A stretch of DNA of 64,000 bases from an uncultured virus (IMG/VR IMGVR_UViG_3300017761_002881) (taxonomy: Duplodnaviria; Heunggongvirae; Uroviricota; Caudoviricetes): IMG/VR virus record IMGVR_UViG_3300017761_002881; one strand, written 5' to 3'. The notes beneath the pieces were generated by a model. The model did no database searches. It saw only the letters and a list, made by a program, of their open reading frames with translations, and had not been told where the DNA came from. The translations under genes were made by a program, and so were the position numbers. Positions 39,201 through 48,819 of the stretch are shown piece after piece (within the stretch, counting starts at the first letter, position 1; every line of letters starts with the position of its first letter).

Positions 39201-39401
39201 TGGTGACATATCAGTCTTAGCGTGTACAATATCTCCAGCTACATAAATAATACTATTACTAGTGTATGTCTTACGTATGTACTTATACAGTCGATTAAAT
39301 ACTTGTTCGTATTCTTTATGACGTTTAACATTACGTACATGTACGTCTGCAATATGATAGATTTTATCTATCTCTTTGATTCCAATGTCTATAGTGCGCA
39401 T
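36255..39401 (-). CDS. Mre11/SbcD nuclease fused to Rad50/SbcC ATPase (gp47-gp46 fusion)
   Basis: ADVH, GDIVH, GNHD and GDIH phosphoesterase motifs; NASGKST Walker A; CQYC zinc hook in the coiled coil; TSGME; IDEGFG; ISH. Confidence 0.92.
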   Translation of the reverse strand: MRTIDIGIKEIDKIYHIADVHVRNVKRHKEYEQVFNRLYKYIRKTYTSNSIIYVAGDIVHAKTDMSPELVATVSDFFKNLADIAPTIIITGNHDCNLNNSSRLDAITPIVNALNHTNIHYLKDTGIYYISNVHFNVMSVYDAPSQFIKSSDFDGDYKIALHHGAVNSAQTDLGIILSNTHVTTDIFAGHDLVLLGDIHKMQYLNDSKTIAYAGSLIQQNFGEGLIHGILVWDLKSKTSEFVEIDNDYGYCTLEIDNGSVITQLPKVPKKIRLRLKVKDTDASVLKRLVSELRKQYNVQDVTIQKVNALTSTNTGKKISFGNVRDVEWQNKVITDYLTDELALDDTMLDCVRHINRTVHSKLSESDITRNKIWIPKTFEFSNMFSYGEDNHIDFEQLSGTYGLFAPNASGKSTLLDALAFCCFDKCSRTGKAIHVLNNKKNQFKSKFCFEMDGVDYIIERNGRKNNNGHVKVDVDFYYVDDVGNNVSLNGDQRDNTNKIIRQYLGDYEDFVLTALSLQTNNTGFIDKSQKDRKDLLSQFLDINVFEQQYQIASDDIRDTSALIREYKRLDHSATLAEAEQVIEHVTKKYDSLTDEKSTLENLRDELNEQILDLTKELRTIPDNVSDPSIHESNIKTLNGQCKNADQTFDSLQQDYFDAETAYEELVSQIDQIDIDSLNTKDSNFNIYKNQASELCNVMQLKQHEIEHARKMLSKLENHQWDPNCQYCVANPWLQDTQIAANRLPELHDEMIALTTSLRDTERSLTETDVKEQISKYYELQRELNTKATKKNSAAAALQTISNKITQLQNSLTHETDLLTKANACLNDIEFNKAQSSIIEELRTEVTSVSQEIRDLESQIVEMSGKLSIAKRSKQTAEDAINRLSELEVQYKGYEYYLQAVKRDGVPYQLIARALPQIEAEINNILTQVVDFTMILNTDGKNIHGYIVYDDDNYWPLELTSGMEKFISSLAIRASLINVTSLPRPNFLAIDEGFGVLDSDNLNSMYMLFDYLKSQFGFVLCISHIDAMRDVVDKLIEIKKEHGYSKIEFS

Positions 39402-40315
39402 AATATTTTTTCTTCCATTAATCGTTCCGATGACATAGGAACGGTAATGTTTAATAATTCTTGAATATTTTTAAATCCTAATTCACTAGGATCTTTACCA
39501 GTTAAGTCTACAAAGAATACTTCAATACCGTTACTAATAAAGTATGCTGCAGTATCTAATGCTTGTTTTCGGGCATCACGATCTAAACATATGTAAATAG
39601 TTTTTACTCGTCTTTCTACGATTCGTTTCTTTAAAGTATTAGAAATAGTCTTACCAAATAATGGTATAGCATTTCTACGTATAGCAATTGCATCAAATGC
39701 ACCTTCTACTAATACAATAGGAAGTTCCCAGTTTATATGCAATTCAAATCCAATAATATCTTTAGATACTTTAGGATTCTTATGTTTAAATGAATCTGAT
39801 TCATAAAATGCTCGAGCTACAAAATAATTTAAACTACCATTAGCATCATAACTAGGTATAACGATTTTACCAGAATATTCACCGGATTCACAATAACCTA
39901 TACGATACTTAAGAATGTCATGAATTGTAACTCCGCGACGTCTTAGATAATGAACAGCATTACGATAATCAGGAGATCCTTTATCAAATTTCCATAATGG
40001 ACGATATCCGTTAGGTAATGTGACAACGGGAGTATCAGTTGTAGTTTTAGATGGCTTGAATTCAGTCTCATCTAACAACTTGATAATTTGAGATATCTTT
40101 TCTCGAGCTACATTTAATTTGCGATACAATACAGATATCTTACGACCTGCTGCATTGCATACCCAACAATGCCAATATTGTGTATTTAAATTAATTTCTA
40201 ATTTAGGCTTGTGGTGATGACAAAATGGACAATGAAAAGCTATGTTATCATTATTCGAAGTTCTACCTTTACCTAAAACAGATTCAAGATTAGAGATTAT
40301 TGATAACTTACTCAT
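39389..40315 (-). CDS. DNA primase (zinc finger + TOPRIM)
   Basis: CPFC...HCWVC zinc finger; LVEGAFDA and CLDRDA TOPRIM motifs. Confidence 0.9.
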   Translation of the reverse strand: MSKLSIISNLESVLGKGRTSNNDNIAFHCPFCHHHKPKLEINLNTQYWHCWVCNAAGRKISVLYRKLNVAREKISQIIKLLDETEFKPSKTTTDTPVVTLPNGYRPLWKFDKGSPDYRNAVHYLRRRGVTIHDILKYRIGYCESGEYSGKIVIPSYDANGSLNYFVARAFYESDSFKHKNPKVSKDIIGFELHINWELPIVLVEGAFDAIAIRRNAIPLFGKTISNTLKKRIVERRVKTIYICLDRDARKQALDTAAYFISNGIEVFFVDLTGKDPSELGFKNIQELLNITVPMSSERLMEEKILCAL

Positions 40316-40394
40316 TTATTATCTTATTAGCATTGTCATTAACATAACAATGTTTTAATTTCATAAACTCAATTAAAAATTTATTACTATATAT

Positions 40395-40426
40395 TAAATA
40401 TAATAACAAATTCTCATAGCTTCAAG
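40395..40426 (-). promoter_or_regulatory. Host-type promoter for primase / Mre11-Rad50
   Basis: Coding strand CTTG-N20-TATATTTA. Confidence 0.55.
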
Positions 40427-40835
40427 CCTTTAGCCAACTTTCCGGAACATTTTTTTCTGCCCATAAGATTCCATGTTTATCACAAAATGCTGCATAAGTA
40501 GTTTTACTGCCCTTACTAATCTTAGTATTAGCTGACTGAAAAATAATACGTATATCTAATTCTGGATGTTGTTCTTTAACTAGTAAATGTTTTTTACGAT
40601 CCTCTCGTGTCCATCGTCCTTTAGACTCTAATAGAATACCATTCGGTAATGTCCAGTCAACTGTATATTTAGAATCACGTGCTGGAACGGTATATTTGAT
40701 AGTAGTGATTTCGTACATTGATTTTGCAGGCACTGTAATACTATCAATTTGTTCTGCTATTTTAGCCTCGAAGCCAGACTTATAACCTAACTTTTGTGCG
40801 TTTGTACGGGTCTTAGATTTACTACGCCATGACAT
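40422..40835 (-). CDS. T7 endonuclease I-like Holliday junction resolvase
   Basis: YKSGFE, YTVDWTLPNGILLESKG, DRKKHLLVKEQHPELDIRIIFQ, KISKGSKTTYA. Confidence 0.9.
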   Translation of the reverse strand: MSWRSKSKTRTNAQKLGYKSGFEAKIAEQIDSITVPAKSMYEITTIKYTVPARDSKYTVDWTLPNGILLESKGRWTREDRKKHLLVKEQHPELDIRIIFQSANTKISKGSKTTYAAFCDKHGILWAEKNVPESWLKA

Positions 40836-40916
40836 AACTTATTATTCCTTTTTAAACCATGTTATCAGGAAACCAATTATAATCGTCGAATTCGTTATCC
40901 ATTTAATATAAATATA

Positions 40917-42638
40917 TTAATAATCCCAACGCACGATAAAGTTCATATCAACATCGTCTAGTTTTGTAACCGGATTAGCTAATTTACCAATAGCTACTAG
41001 CTCAGCTTTATCATTATATAACCCAATTGTAGTTATATACGGTCCAACCGTGCCTGACACAAACGTATCTAAATAAACATCGCCCGGGCCGTTATTAGAT
41101 TGGGCGCCATTGACAGTTGTATTACAATCATTTGTGGCTTGAGCTGTACCTGGACGATATGTAGCTGTCGGATTTAATGTATAATTAAATTGTCCGGCTG
41201 GGACACGTACTAGTACTTCGTTTTCATATATTCTATGAACACCACGATATGTAACTGTCCATGTAGCATTACTACCTAAGAATGCCGAACTATAATTATA
41301 CCTAGGTATCGGTGATGATACTACAATTTGACCGTTACGGTAAAATACATTCCCGGCTACGTTTGTTTGATATAATGTTGGAGCTGCAAATGTACGCCCC
41401 GCTAAAGATGAAATTTCTGCATTAGAGGCTGCATAATCATAAAAACGTATTTCATCTACACGGACATTATATCCATTATCAAAACCATTGATACATCCTA
41501 TTGTTATATCTGATGCATTAGCTGTACTATCTTTAGGCATTGTAGCTGTAGCTACGCTACTTCCGTTAATGAACATTGCTACATTAGTATTATTACGTCG
41601 TATAACAATATGATTCCATGTACCAGTACCTGACATAGTACCTGTCAGCGCTGCGATACTCGTGCCATTACTAGCTATAAAACGTATATTACTAGCATTG
41701 TTATGATATAATAGGAACGGTGTACGTAAATTAGTATAGTCGCCTACTCCGTCTTCAGGTTGTTGCCAATTATAAATTACGGTACGAACAGAAGTTTTAC
41801 CAGTACTGGGATCTAGATATGGTTCAGTACGTACAGCACCTTTAGCTAAAATAACTGAGTCTTTTCCTGTATCGTATACCCATAAACTAATTGTCCATCG
41901 ATCACAACTATTAAAATTATTAAAAATAGGATCATGTGGTATACGTATACCGCCTGTTCCACTACTATTTATATCAATTTCCGCAGATAATCCACTAGGT
42001 CGTACTGTACTAGTAGTAGTTACACCACTATCTATTGTAATATTACGGGCTTCCGCATAACGAGTAACTCCACGTAATGTATATTCAATATTAGTATTTG
42101 CTAAAGTACCACTAATACCTTCCAAATTTCTAAATTCATTATTAAATGACATGTAGAAGAAACAACGACTAGCGGTAGCAAAACTAGCAGTACTGATAGC
42201 AGTATCACGTAAATTACCATTACCATCATCTTGTAATGTTATAGAACCACTAACAACATTGACAGACCCAGGTTTAATACTTTCGCCTACATCTAAATAA
42301 GGACAAGATAAAATACTAGCAGAATAAAAATAATTTTTTTCTGTCTTTTGTCGATTAGTACCTTCGTGGCAATTTGCTGGATCATATGGATTTCGATAAT
42401 ATCGATGATCTATAGATTTCCATACTACATGTTTGTTAGTTCCGTCATAATTTTCCGGATATGTTACGCTAGGATCACCTACATCAGGTGGATGTAGCTT
42501 CCATATAGCATCATGTGCTCTATATCCAGACGCTGAAAACGTACTATTTGTTACCGTATAGCTTTTATATGCTTTTACAGTATTAGTTTGATAGTCGCCG
42601 GGACGTATAGTATTATATACTGTTGGAATGACCGGCAT
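40917..42638 (-). CDS. Baseplate/tail protein with a LamG (concanavalin-like) domain
   Basis: WTISLWV, WNHIVIRR, MFING and VDEIRFYD LamG pattern; C-terminal YITTIGLYNDKAELVAIGKL. Confidence 0.75.
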   Translation of the reverse strand: MPVIPTVYNTIRPGDYQTNTVKAYKSYTVTNSTFSASGYRAHDAIWKLHPPDVGDPSVTYPENYDGTNKHVVWKSIDHRYYRNPYDPANCHEGTNRQKTEKNYFYSASILSCPYLDVGESIKPGSVNVVSGSITLQDDGNGNLRDTAISTASFATASRCFFYMSFNNEFRNLEGISGTLANTNIEYTLRGVTRYAEARNITIDSGVTTTSTVRPSGLSAEIDINSSGTGGIRIPHDPIFNNFNSCDRWTISLWVYDTGKDSVILAKGAVRTEPYLDPSTGKTSVRTVIYNWQQPEDGVGDYTNLRTPFLLYHNNASNIRFIASNGTSIAALTGTMSGTGTWNHIVIRRNNTNVAMFINGSSVATATMPKDSTANASDITIGCINGFDNGYNVRVDEIRFYDYAASNAEISSLAGRTFAAPTLYQTNVAGNVFYRNGQIVVSSPIPRYNYSSAFLGSNATWTVTYRGVHRIYENEVLVRVPAGQFNYTLNPTATYRPGTAQATNDCNTTVNGAQSNNGPGDVYLDTFVSGTVGPYITTIGLYNDKAELVAIGKLANPVTKLDDVDMNFIVRWDY

Positions 42639-42645
42639 AGTGTTT

Positions 42646-43875
42646 TTAGAAGTCTAATTTAACTTTAATCAATGCTTCGCGAGTAAATGATTTTAATAAT
42701 GGGCGGCTTAGTTTTGCTACTGCTAACAATTCACGTCGATCATTATACATGCCTACCGTTGTAATATATGTTTGAGGATCACGATAAAAAGTTGGATACT
42801 TTAATGAACCTAATGAACCACTTACAAATGTTGGATTATTTGAATAATTATACTCGCCGTTTTTAACACGTACAAAGTAATATGTAGATTTTACTTGTTC
42901 ACTTGAACGTGCCTGTATGCCAAATGTCTGATCGACGCCAGCTAATCCAATTGAACTACTAATTGCATTAAACAAGCGCATTGGATTTGTAGCCGCTACG
43001 CCATCGCCTAGATCTGTACCTAATAATATACCACCATCGGCTAATGAAGAACTAAGTGCTACATCGTTTAAAATTACAATTCCATACTGCGGATACAGTA
43101 ATCCATAATATGTTGTAGGAGAGTAAATACTAGTACCATTATCAATACTACCAGAAACAATATTATAAACTGCACCACCCTCACCTACACTAGGCGATGT
43201 GGTAGATGAATCATCAATTAATCTACGAACATTGTTAGATCCAACAGCTTTCAAATTAATTTCTAAATTACCTGGATCAAGTCTTTCACGGAAACGCGCA
43301 CGATTGAAATTTAATATATAGATACTATTTGAATCTACACCGTTAAATGAAAATTTGAAATCATTAGGTGGTAATAAAATTTGTGCATATTGCTTGTAAA
43401 TAGCACGGGTAGGAGTATCATTATTAAGATTACCAGTTAAATCTGTAGAGCCAGAGCCTTCATAATGACCATATGCGATAGAAAGTTGTACTTCGGCATC
43501 TGTTGCAGTACTCGGATTTTTATCGAATACTTCTATAAAATAACTTTTTTGAATAGCTGTAGCAGTTGAAGAAGTAAACATTCCTTGCGTTAAACTTCCA
43601 GTATTGCCAGAAAATAATCCACGTGTTAATGTTTCTACGTTGTTTGGTAATATATCTTCTACCGCATCAAAATTAGTATAAATTCTACCTAAACGAGTAC
43701 GTTGACGAGCAGCATCACGTTCACGTATAATATTATCTGCTAATTGTCGAGCTAACGATTCTACTTGATTGCTAATAGCAGCACTGCCACGAGATATAGG
43801 CGCTCCACCAGTACGTCCCGTTTCTCGAGCTTCTGTAAATCTACTATTCGCCGCTACACTTCTAGATGTTCCCAT
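42646..43875 (-). CDS. Baseplate / tail-collar protein
   Basis: C-terminal YITTVGMYNDRRELLAVAKL shared with 40917..42638. Confidence 0.65.
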   Translation of the reverse strand: MGTSRSVAANSRFTEARETGRTGGAPISRGSAAISNQVESLARQLADNIIRERDAARQRTRLGRIYTNFDAVEDILPNNVETLTRGLFSGNTGSLTQGMFTSSTATAIQKSYFIEVFDKNPSTATDAEVQLSIAYGHYEGSGSTDLTGNLNNDTPTRAIYKQYAQILLPPNDFKFSFNGVDSNSIYILNFNRARFRERLDPGNLEINLKAVGSNNVRRLIDDSSTTSPSVGEGGAVYNIVSGSIDNGTSIYSPTTYYGLLYPQYGIVILNDVALSSSLADGGILLGTDLGDGVAATNPMRLFNAISSSIGLAGVDQTFGIQARSSEQVKSTYYFVRVKNGEYNYSNNPTFVSGSLGSLKYPTFYRDPQTYITTVGMYNDRRELLAVAKLSRPLLKSFTREALIKVKLDF

Positions 43876-43890
43876 TATTTATAAATCCTT

Positions 43891-44559
43891 TTATTGTCTT
43901 AACTCAACTGCTGCAGTTGCAACTGTTATAAGTTTAGATGTGATAGTAACTAAAGCTCTACCACCTGTCTCATTACCGATGATCAACAACGTAGTAGTTG
44001 CATCTGCAGTATATTGAGGTTTAGCTGTAATTTCAAATTCTGTACCGGTAACAGTAATACTTTGAGCCGCTTCCGAATCTCCAATAAATTGTGCTGTAGC
44101 TGGAGCAGCGGCTGCTCCCGGAGCAGATCTAGTAGCTCTAATTTCAGCTACATCAGAATCTCCTAGTATTGCTGTATATCCGAATTGACGATTACCACCC
44201 TGGAAGTTTACAGTTGAAGGAGAAATGATTGTAGATTCTCCTGCTTCTAAACTTAAAACAGTCTGTCCAACTCTTACGACTGGTATACGTGATGTACCTT
44301 TCGGTAACGTAACTAATTTATATTTCATCATCTGAGTCTCATCAGGTAATGCTTCGATGAGTGGCATATTTTCAATAGCAGCTCCGTAATATGCAGTACC
44401 TAACGGATGTTCAGTGTTGTATAAATCATAATCTACTTCATCATCAGATAATGCAAATTGAGTGATTTTAAACTCATCACGACCGCGGGCTAATAATTCA
44501 CGGCCTTTCTTAGTAAGAATAGCATCTACAGTGATTGTACTATTATTTAAATAACCCAT
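43891..44559 (-). CDS. Baseplate / tail-collar protein
   Basis: N-terminal DAILTKKGRELLA..FKITQFALSDDEVDY. Confidence 0.65.
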   Translation of the reverse strand: MGYLNNSTITVDAILTKKGRELLARGRDEFKITQFALSDDEVDYDLYNTEHPLGTAYYGAAIENMPLIEALPDETQMMKYKLVTLPKGTSRIPVVRVGQTVLSLEAGESTIISPSTVNFQGGNRQFGYTAILGDSDVAEIRATRSAPGAAAAPATAQFIGDSEAAQSITVTGTEFEITAKPQYTADATTTLLIIGNETGGRALVTITSKLITVATAAVELRQ

Positions 44560-44599
44560 GTTATATCCTTATTTTAAATAAATATATACCTAAATCAAA

Positions 44600-47500
44600 T
44601 TATCTAACTAATAAATTACCAGGTTCTGTATTACCAGTACCTCCACGCGATTCTGGAGCTTGTGTAAATATTAATTGATTAGCATTTGTCTCATAAACTT
44701 CGATTACAGGCGTACCTAATATTGCTGTTGCATTTTGTGTAGTAGTAGGTAAATTAATATCTGGGGCAGAAATGCGGCATCCTAAATATCTAGAATTTTC
44801 ATATTGAGCTAATTCATCATCAAAATAAGCTGCGGGTTCTAAACTAATTTTATAATAATCATTTCTAGATTGACTAGCCGCATGCTGTGCATTTCGTCTT
44901 TCTAATGATGCTCCTACATTACTACCAGAATAATGATAAACGATGCGTTGATATATGTTACTAGGACGTGGCTGATCTATAATAGGCATTTCTGCAGAAT
45001 GGCATACTCCGCGTATACTAAAAATAAAGCTTGTGCCCGTCGACTGCAACGGAGCAAATATAATACATCCATTTGTATTAGCTGCTTTCGATATACATGT
45101 AAATTGCAATGTTATGGCAATACGTTTTGCAGAATATGGTATACGTACATTACGTATAACTCCTGATGTCGTTGTATATCCTCCAGCATTTAATGATACA
45201 TTTCGTGTTACACCATTACCTATATATTCCAAACGACCGTCATTATCTAAAACACCAATTCCTATACGCATAGCAAATACACCATTACCCACATCGAATC
45301 CATTAACAGTTTGTAAAGCTGCTACTATTCTATAATCTATATCGACATCAATATCATACGACGGATTGTTAATAACCAAACATAACGTATCAGTGATATC
45401 GCCGACAGCTGAAAAATATGTCCAATATCCAGCATTAGAATTAACAAATGGAACTAATTTATTGCCGATATAATCATTAACTGTCGGATCTAATGTATTA
45501 AAATTAGGCGACGATGTTGTTATGTACCAATCATAATATTGTGCATTATTGTTACTATAACTAACAACATCTATAATAGATGCGGTATATGATGGCATTT
45601 CATCTAACGGATTAGTTTCGATAATGCAATAATCCATCGGGCCAGGACTTTGTATACCTGTAAAATTAGCAAACCATGTATCTCCAGTCTCATCATATCC
45701 ATTGTAACTATCGACATGATATAAACTTTGTGCACTTATAACATCGCGAGTTGAATCAATACTACCACTATACAACGAGTACTCACCAAACACTAAAGCA
45801 TCGGGTTGCGGTATTTCAGCATCATATTGCGGATTCTCTACCTGCGGTCTTTTGGTTATTTGAGCCTTTGCACGTTCCAATGCATGCGGTTCTACTAAAA
45901 CACCTGCAGCTAAATTAGCACGTAATGGTACCAATTGTTTTATTTGACTAAATAAACTAAAGTCGAACTGACTAAAAATTCGTAAGTATGCATTTATATC
46001 GTTACGGTCTGTATATTTTTTCCAATATTGATCAGAAATGTAACGTAGATCACGATATTGAGTTTCAAATTCGTCGCCAGGATCTCCTATATATGCATCT
46101 AACTCAGCATCTCCGAATTGATCAAATATATCTTTATTTACTTGGTCTGCGTGACTATAAAACAATCCTAGTTTGTTATTATCGATAGGAGCATAATCAT
46201 AACTAGAACGTTCCCCGGTATTTGTCGGCGATAGTTTACTAACTAAATAATTATCTTCTAAACGTATTTTTTCCGATCTAGGTAAATTACCGCCTAGTGA
46301 TACACCTTGAATATAATAAACTTCATCTAAACTATAGTAATTACCAATTTGTGGATTAGGCGGAGATGCGGCAGAAACAGTACCATTACGATTTGTATAT
46401 GACCTATTAGGCTGACTACCAGATAAAAAAGTATTTACACTATGGTCATATGCATTTCCGTCACTACCTAATGTAAAATGTATTTGTAATTGATTATAAC
46501 TACCGGTAGGGTCGCCATATATTGCATAACTTGTTGGATTGAGTGTATGATCATCAAATGAAGCCTGTGATAATTCCGAACTCCATTCACGAAATTCTTG
46601 TAGGTATCCAGTAACGTCCTCTATACGAGAAGTACCGCCTGCGAATGCAGATACGCCCGTTGCTGAACCTGATACTCTATGTGAAATACGTCCTACAAAA
46701 TGATCACTAGCTTTTTGTACTTGTACATATCCACGACCAGCAGAGTTTCTACACCAACGTATATTCCATACATCTCCATCATATATAGGGGCATATGGTG
46801 TTGCAATCGTTCCGTTCATTACTACACGGCCATACTCATCGCTACCAGAATATAATCCTGGACTGAATGGTTCTATAGCAACCGTCTGGCTACCAGCGCC
46901 AGAAAAAATTGTCTGGCTAACTCGAGCCCCGTCAATATTCTTAAATCTAATTTCACGTGTAACTATACCGGATGGAGATGTGTATTCAATACTAGATATT
47001 GGATTTTCAGCACCGTCTTCTCCATTAGCATTAAACACTGCCATATAAGCATATCGATCCTCAATAATGTTAGGTGCATCTCCAGATACCGCCGGGCCGC
47101 CATATTCTCGTATACTTAACAATGTTTGTGGTATACCGTAACACGACATTAATGCCTTAATACTACGGGCAGTACCTTTCGTCTTTAATAGATACGGTAA
47201 GTTGTTAACTATACGACGCCATACTTCAGTAGTAATTTCTTCATTAGATTTACTAAATAAACTACCGGTACTTTGATACTTGCCATCTGTACCTACACCT
47301 AATTTATACTTCCATAAAGCTGTAGCTTGATTACCATTAGTTAATGTCCAACCCATTGACTTTGCAATGTCGTATAAAGTATCTTTACCGACACCTAACT
47401 TAGGATGTTCTTCGTTACGATAATTACGAGATAATGCATCAATATATGAATACAGGATATCAAAGTGATGGCCAATCATATTAACAAACAATTCATATTG

Positions 47501-48811
47501 ACTGTTATTAGGATCAACACGTATGTGTTCTGGTATTGTTTTTGTTAATGCATTGTTATTGAGATCGTCGTACAAAATAGCATTGGCCGATGCAGTTGCA
47601 AACCAATTGCGAGCGATAGTAGTTGATGGGTTATGTATAACATAACTACTGTTACTTAAGTATTTAGGCCACGGGGTTATTACATATCCATCAGCTCCTA
47701 AATAACTACCAGATACTCCATGAGTAGTTAAACTACCAGTAGGATCGTTATATAAGTAACGTTCGAATCCATCGAATGATCCGACAATATTGTCAATACG
47801 CTGTCTTGTATTAGCAATGTTACTAGTTAACGATCCGCTGTCAGAGCCCGATGCCGCATTCAATGTAGAGATACGATTGTTGTAATATTCTACTAGTTCA
47901 AGTTTATACTTGAAGTTAGCTAAACGTTCATATGCAGAACTATAAAAAACAAAATTATCAAATGCAGAATAATCGATACCTAACGGTACACCTGACAATG
48001 AACCTGAAAATACACGGTCTAATATTTGTTGAGAAGTAGATAGATTTGCATCTAATAAATCATTCCAACTCTTAAACTCAGTCTCTGTAATTACGGCAGC
48101 ACCTTCGTCGATATCAAAGTTAGCGCCCTTTAAATAATTAACTTTATCGGCTGGTAATGGTACCGTTAGACTAACATTATCTATATAAGCATCAGCTAAT
48201 TCTTCTACAATCCAAAACGTATCGTTAAGTAAAATATCATCAGGTAATTCATTATATAAACGAATAACTAATTCGTTATCAGTATCCCAACCTTTATGAT
48301 TGATTACTTTAAATACGTTGTTTTTACCAAAATTTATAGCTAAATCTTGGTCATATACACGCGAATATTCTGATAAATAGTCTTGGATTACCGTTTTGTA
48401 ATCATCTACTTTGTCAGGTGTTACTGGAATTAATGCAGCTAATATTTCACGGCGATCAGGAGATATTTCTTTTACTTGAAGTATGCGATCATTAAAGTTA
48501 CCTAGTACAGGCTCATGTATGTTAGTAACAAGTTCAAACTCGCCTCGGTTAATACCTAACGTTCCTAGTGCATCGGCATAATTAACATATAACTTGTTTG
48601 TACGTAAAGTAAAATCTGAAAGTAGTACACTATTAATATAACCACCGTCTTTAGAATAGGCATGAACTTCTACTTCCGATACCCCTTCCGGAGTAACACT
48701 TTTAGTATCTAAACTAAGTAATTCAACATCTGCCTTTTTCCATACTATACCACGCGTAACTCCGTCAATTGAAAGAATATCGTCTTTGTTTGTAAATCGT
48801 TCTAATGACAT
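44600..48811 (-). CDS. Large baseplate wedge-like structural protein
   Basis: LPYLLKTKGTARSIKALMSCYGI resembles the KGT motif of P2 gpI / T4 gp7-type wedge proteins; 1403 aa within the baseplate cluster. Confidence 0.65.
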   Translation of the reverse strand: MSLERFTNKDDILSIDGVTRGIVWKKADVELLSLDTKSVTPEGVSEVEVHAYSKDGGYINSVLLSDFTLRTNKLYVNYADALGTLGINRGEFELVTNIHEPVLGNFNDRILQVKEISPDRREILAALIPVTPDKVDDYKTVIQDYLSEYSRVYDQDLAINFGKNNVFKVINHKGWDTDNELVIRLYNELPDDILLNDTFWIVEELADAYIDNVSLTVPLPADKVNYLKGANFDIDEGAAVITETEFKSWNDLLDANLSTSQQILDRVFSGSLSGVPLGIDYSAFDNFVFYSSAYERLANFKYKLELVEYYNNRISTLNAASGSDSGSLTSNIANTRQRIDNIVGSFDGFERYLYNDPTGSLTTHGVSGSYLGADGYVITPWPKYLSNSSYVIHNPSTTIARNWFATASANAILYDDLNNNALTKTIPEHIRVDPNNSQYELFVNMIGHHFDILYSYIDALSRNYRNEEHPKLGVGKDTLYDIAKSMGWTLTNGNQATALWKYKLGVGTDGKYQSTGSLFSKSNEEITTEVWRRIVNNLPYLLKTKGTARSIKALMSCYGIPQTLLSIREYGGPAVSGDAPNIIEDRYAYMAVFNANGEDGAENPISSIEYTSPSGIVTREIRFKNIDGARVSQTIFSGAGSQTVAIEPFSPGLYSGSDEYGRVVMNGTIATPYAPIYDGDVWNIRWCRNSAGRGYVQVQKASDHFVGRISHRVSGSATGVSAFAGGTSRIEDVTGYLQEFREWSSELSQASFDDHTLNPTSYAIYGDPTGSYNQLQIHFTLGSDGNAYDHSVNTFLSGSQPNRSYTNRNGTVSAASPPNPQIGNYYSLDEVYYIQGVSLGGNLPRSEKIRLEDNYLVSKLSPTNTGERSSYDYAPIDNNKLGLFYSHADQVNKDIFDQFGDAELDAYIGDPGDEFETQYRDLRYISDQYWKKYTDRNDINAYLRIFSQFDFSLFSQIKQLVPLRANLAAGVLVEPHALERAKAQITKRPQVENPQYDAEIPQPDALVFGEYSLYSGSIDSTRDVISAQSLYHVDSYNGYDETGDTWFANFTGIQSPGPMDYCIIETNPLDEMPSYTASIIDVVSYSNNNAQYYDWYITTSSPNFNTLDPTVNDYIGNKLVPFVNSNAGYWTYFSAVGDITDTLCLVINNPSYDIDVDIDYRIVAALQTVNGFDVGNGVFAMRIGIGVLDNDGRLEYIGNGVTRNVSLNAGGYTTTSGVIRNVRIPYSAKRIAITLQFTCISKAANTNGCIIFAPLQSTGTSFIFSIRGVCHSAEMPIIDQPRPSNIYQRIVYHYSGSNVGASLERRNAQHAASQSRNDYYKISLEPAAYFDDELAQYENSRYLGCRISAPDINLPTTTQNATAILGTPVIEVYETNANQLIFTQAPESRGGTGNTEPGNLLVR

Positions 48812-48819
48812 ATTTAATC

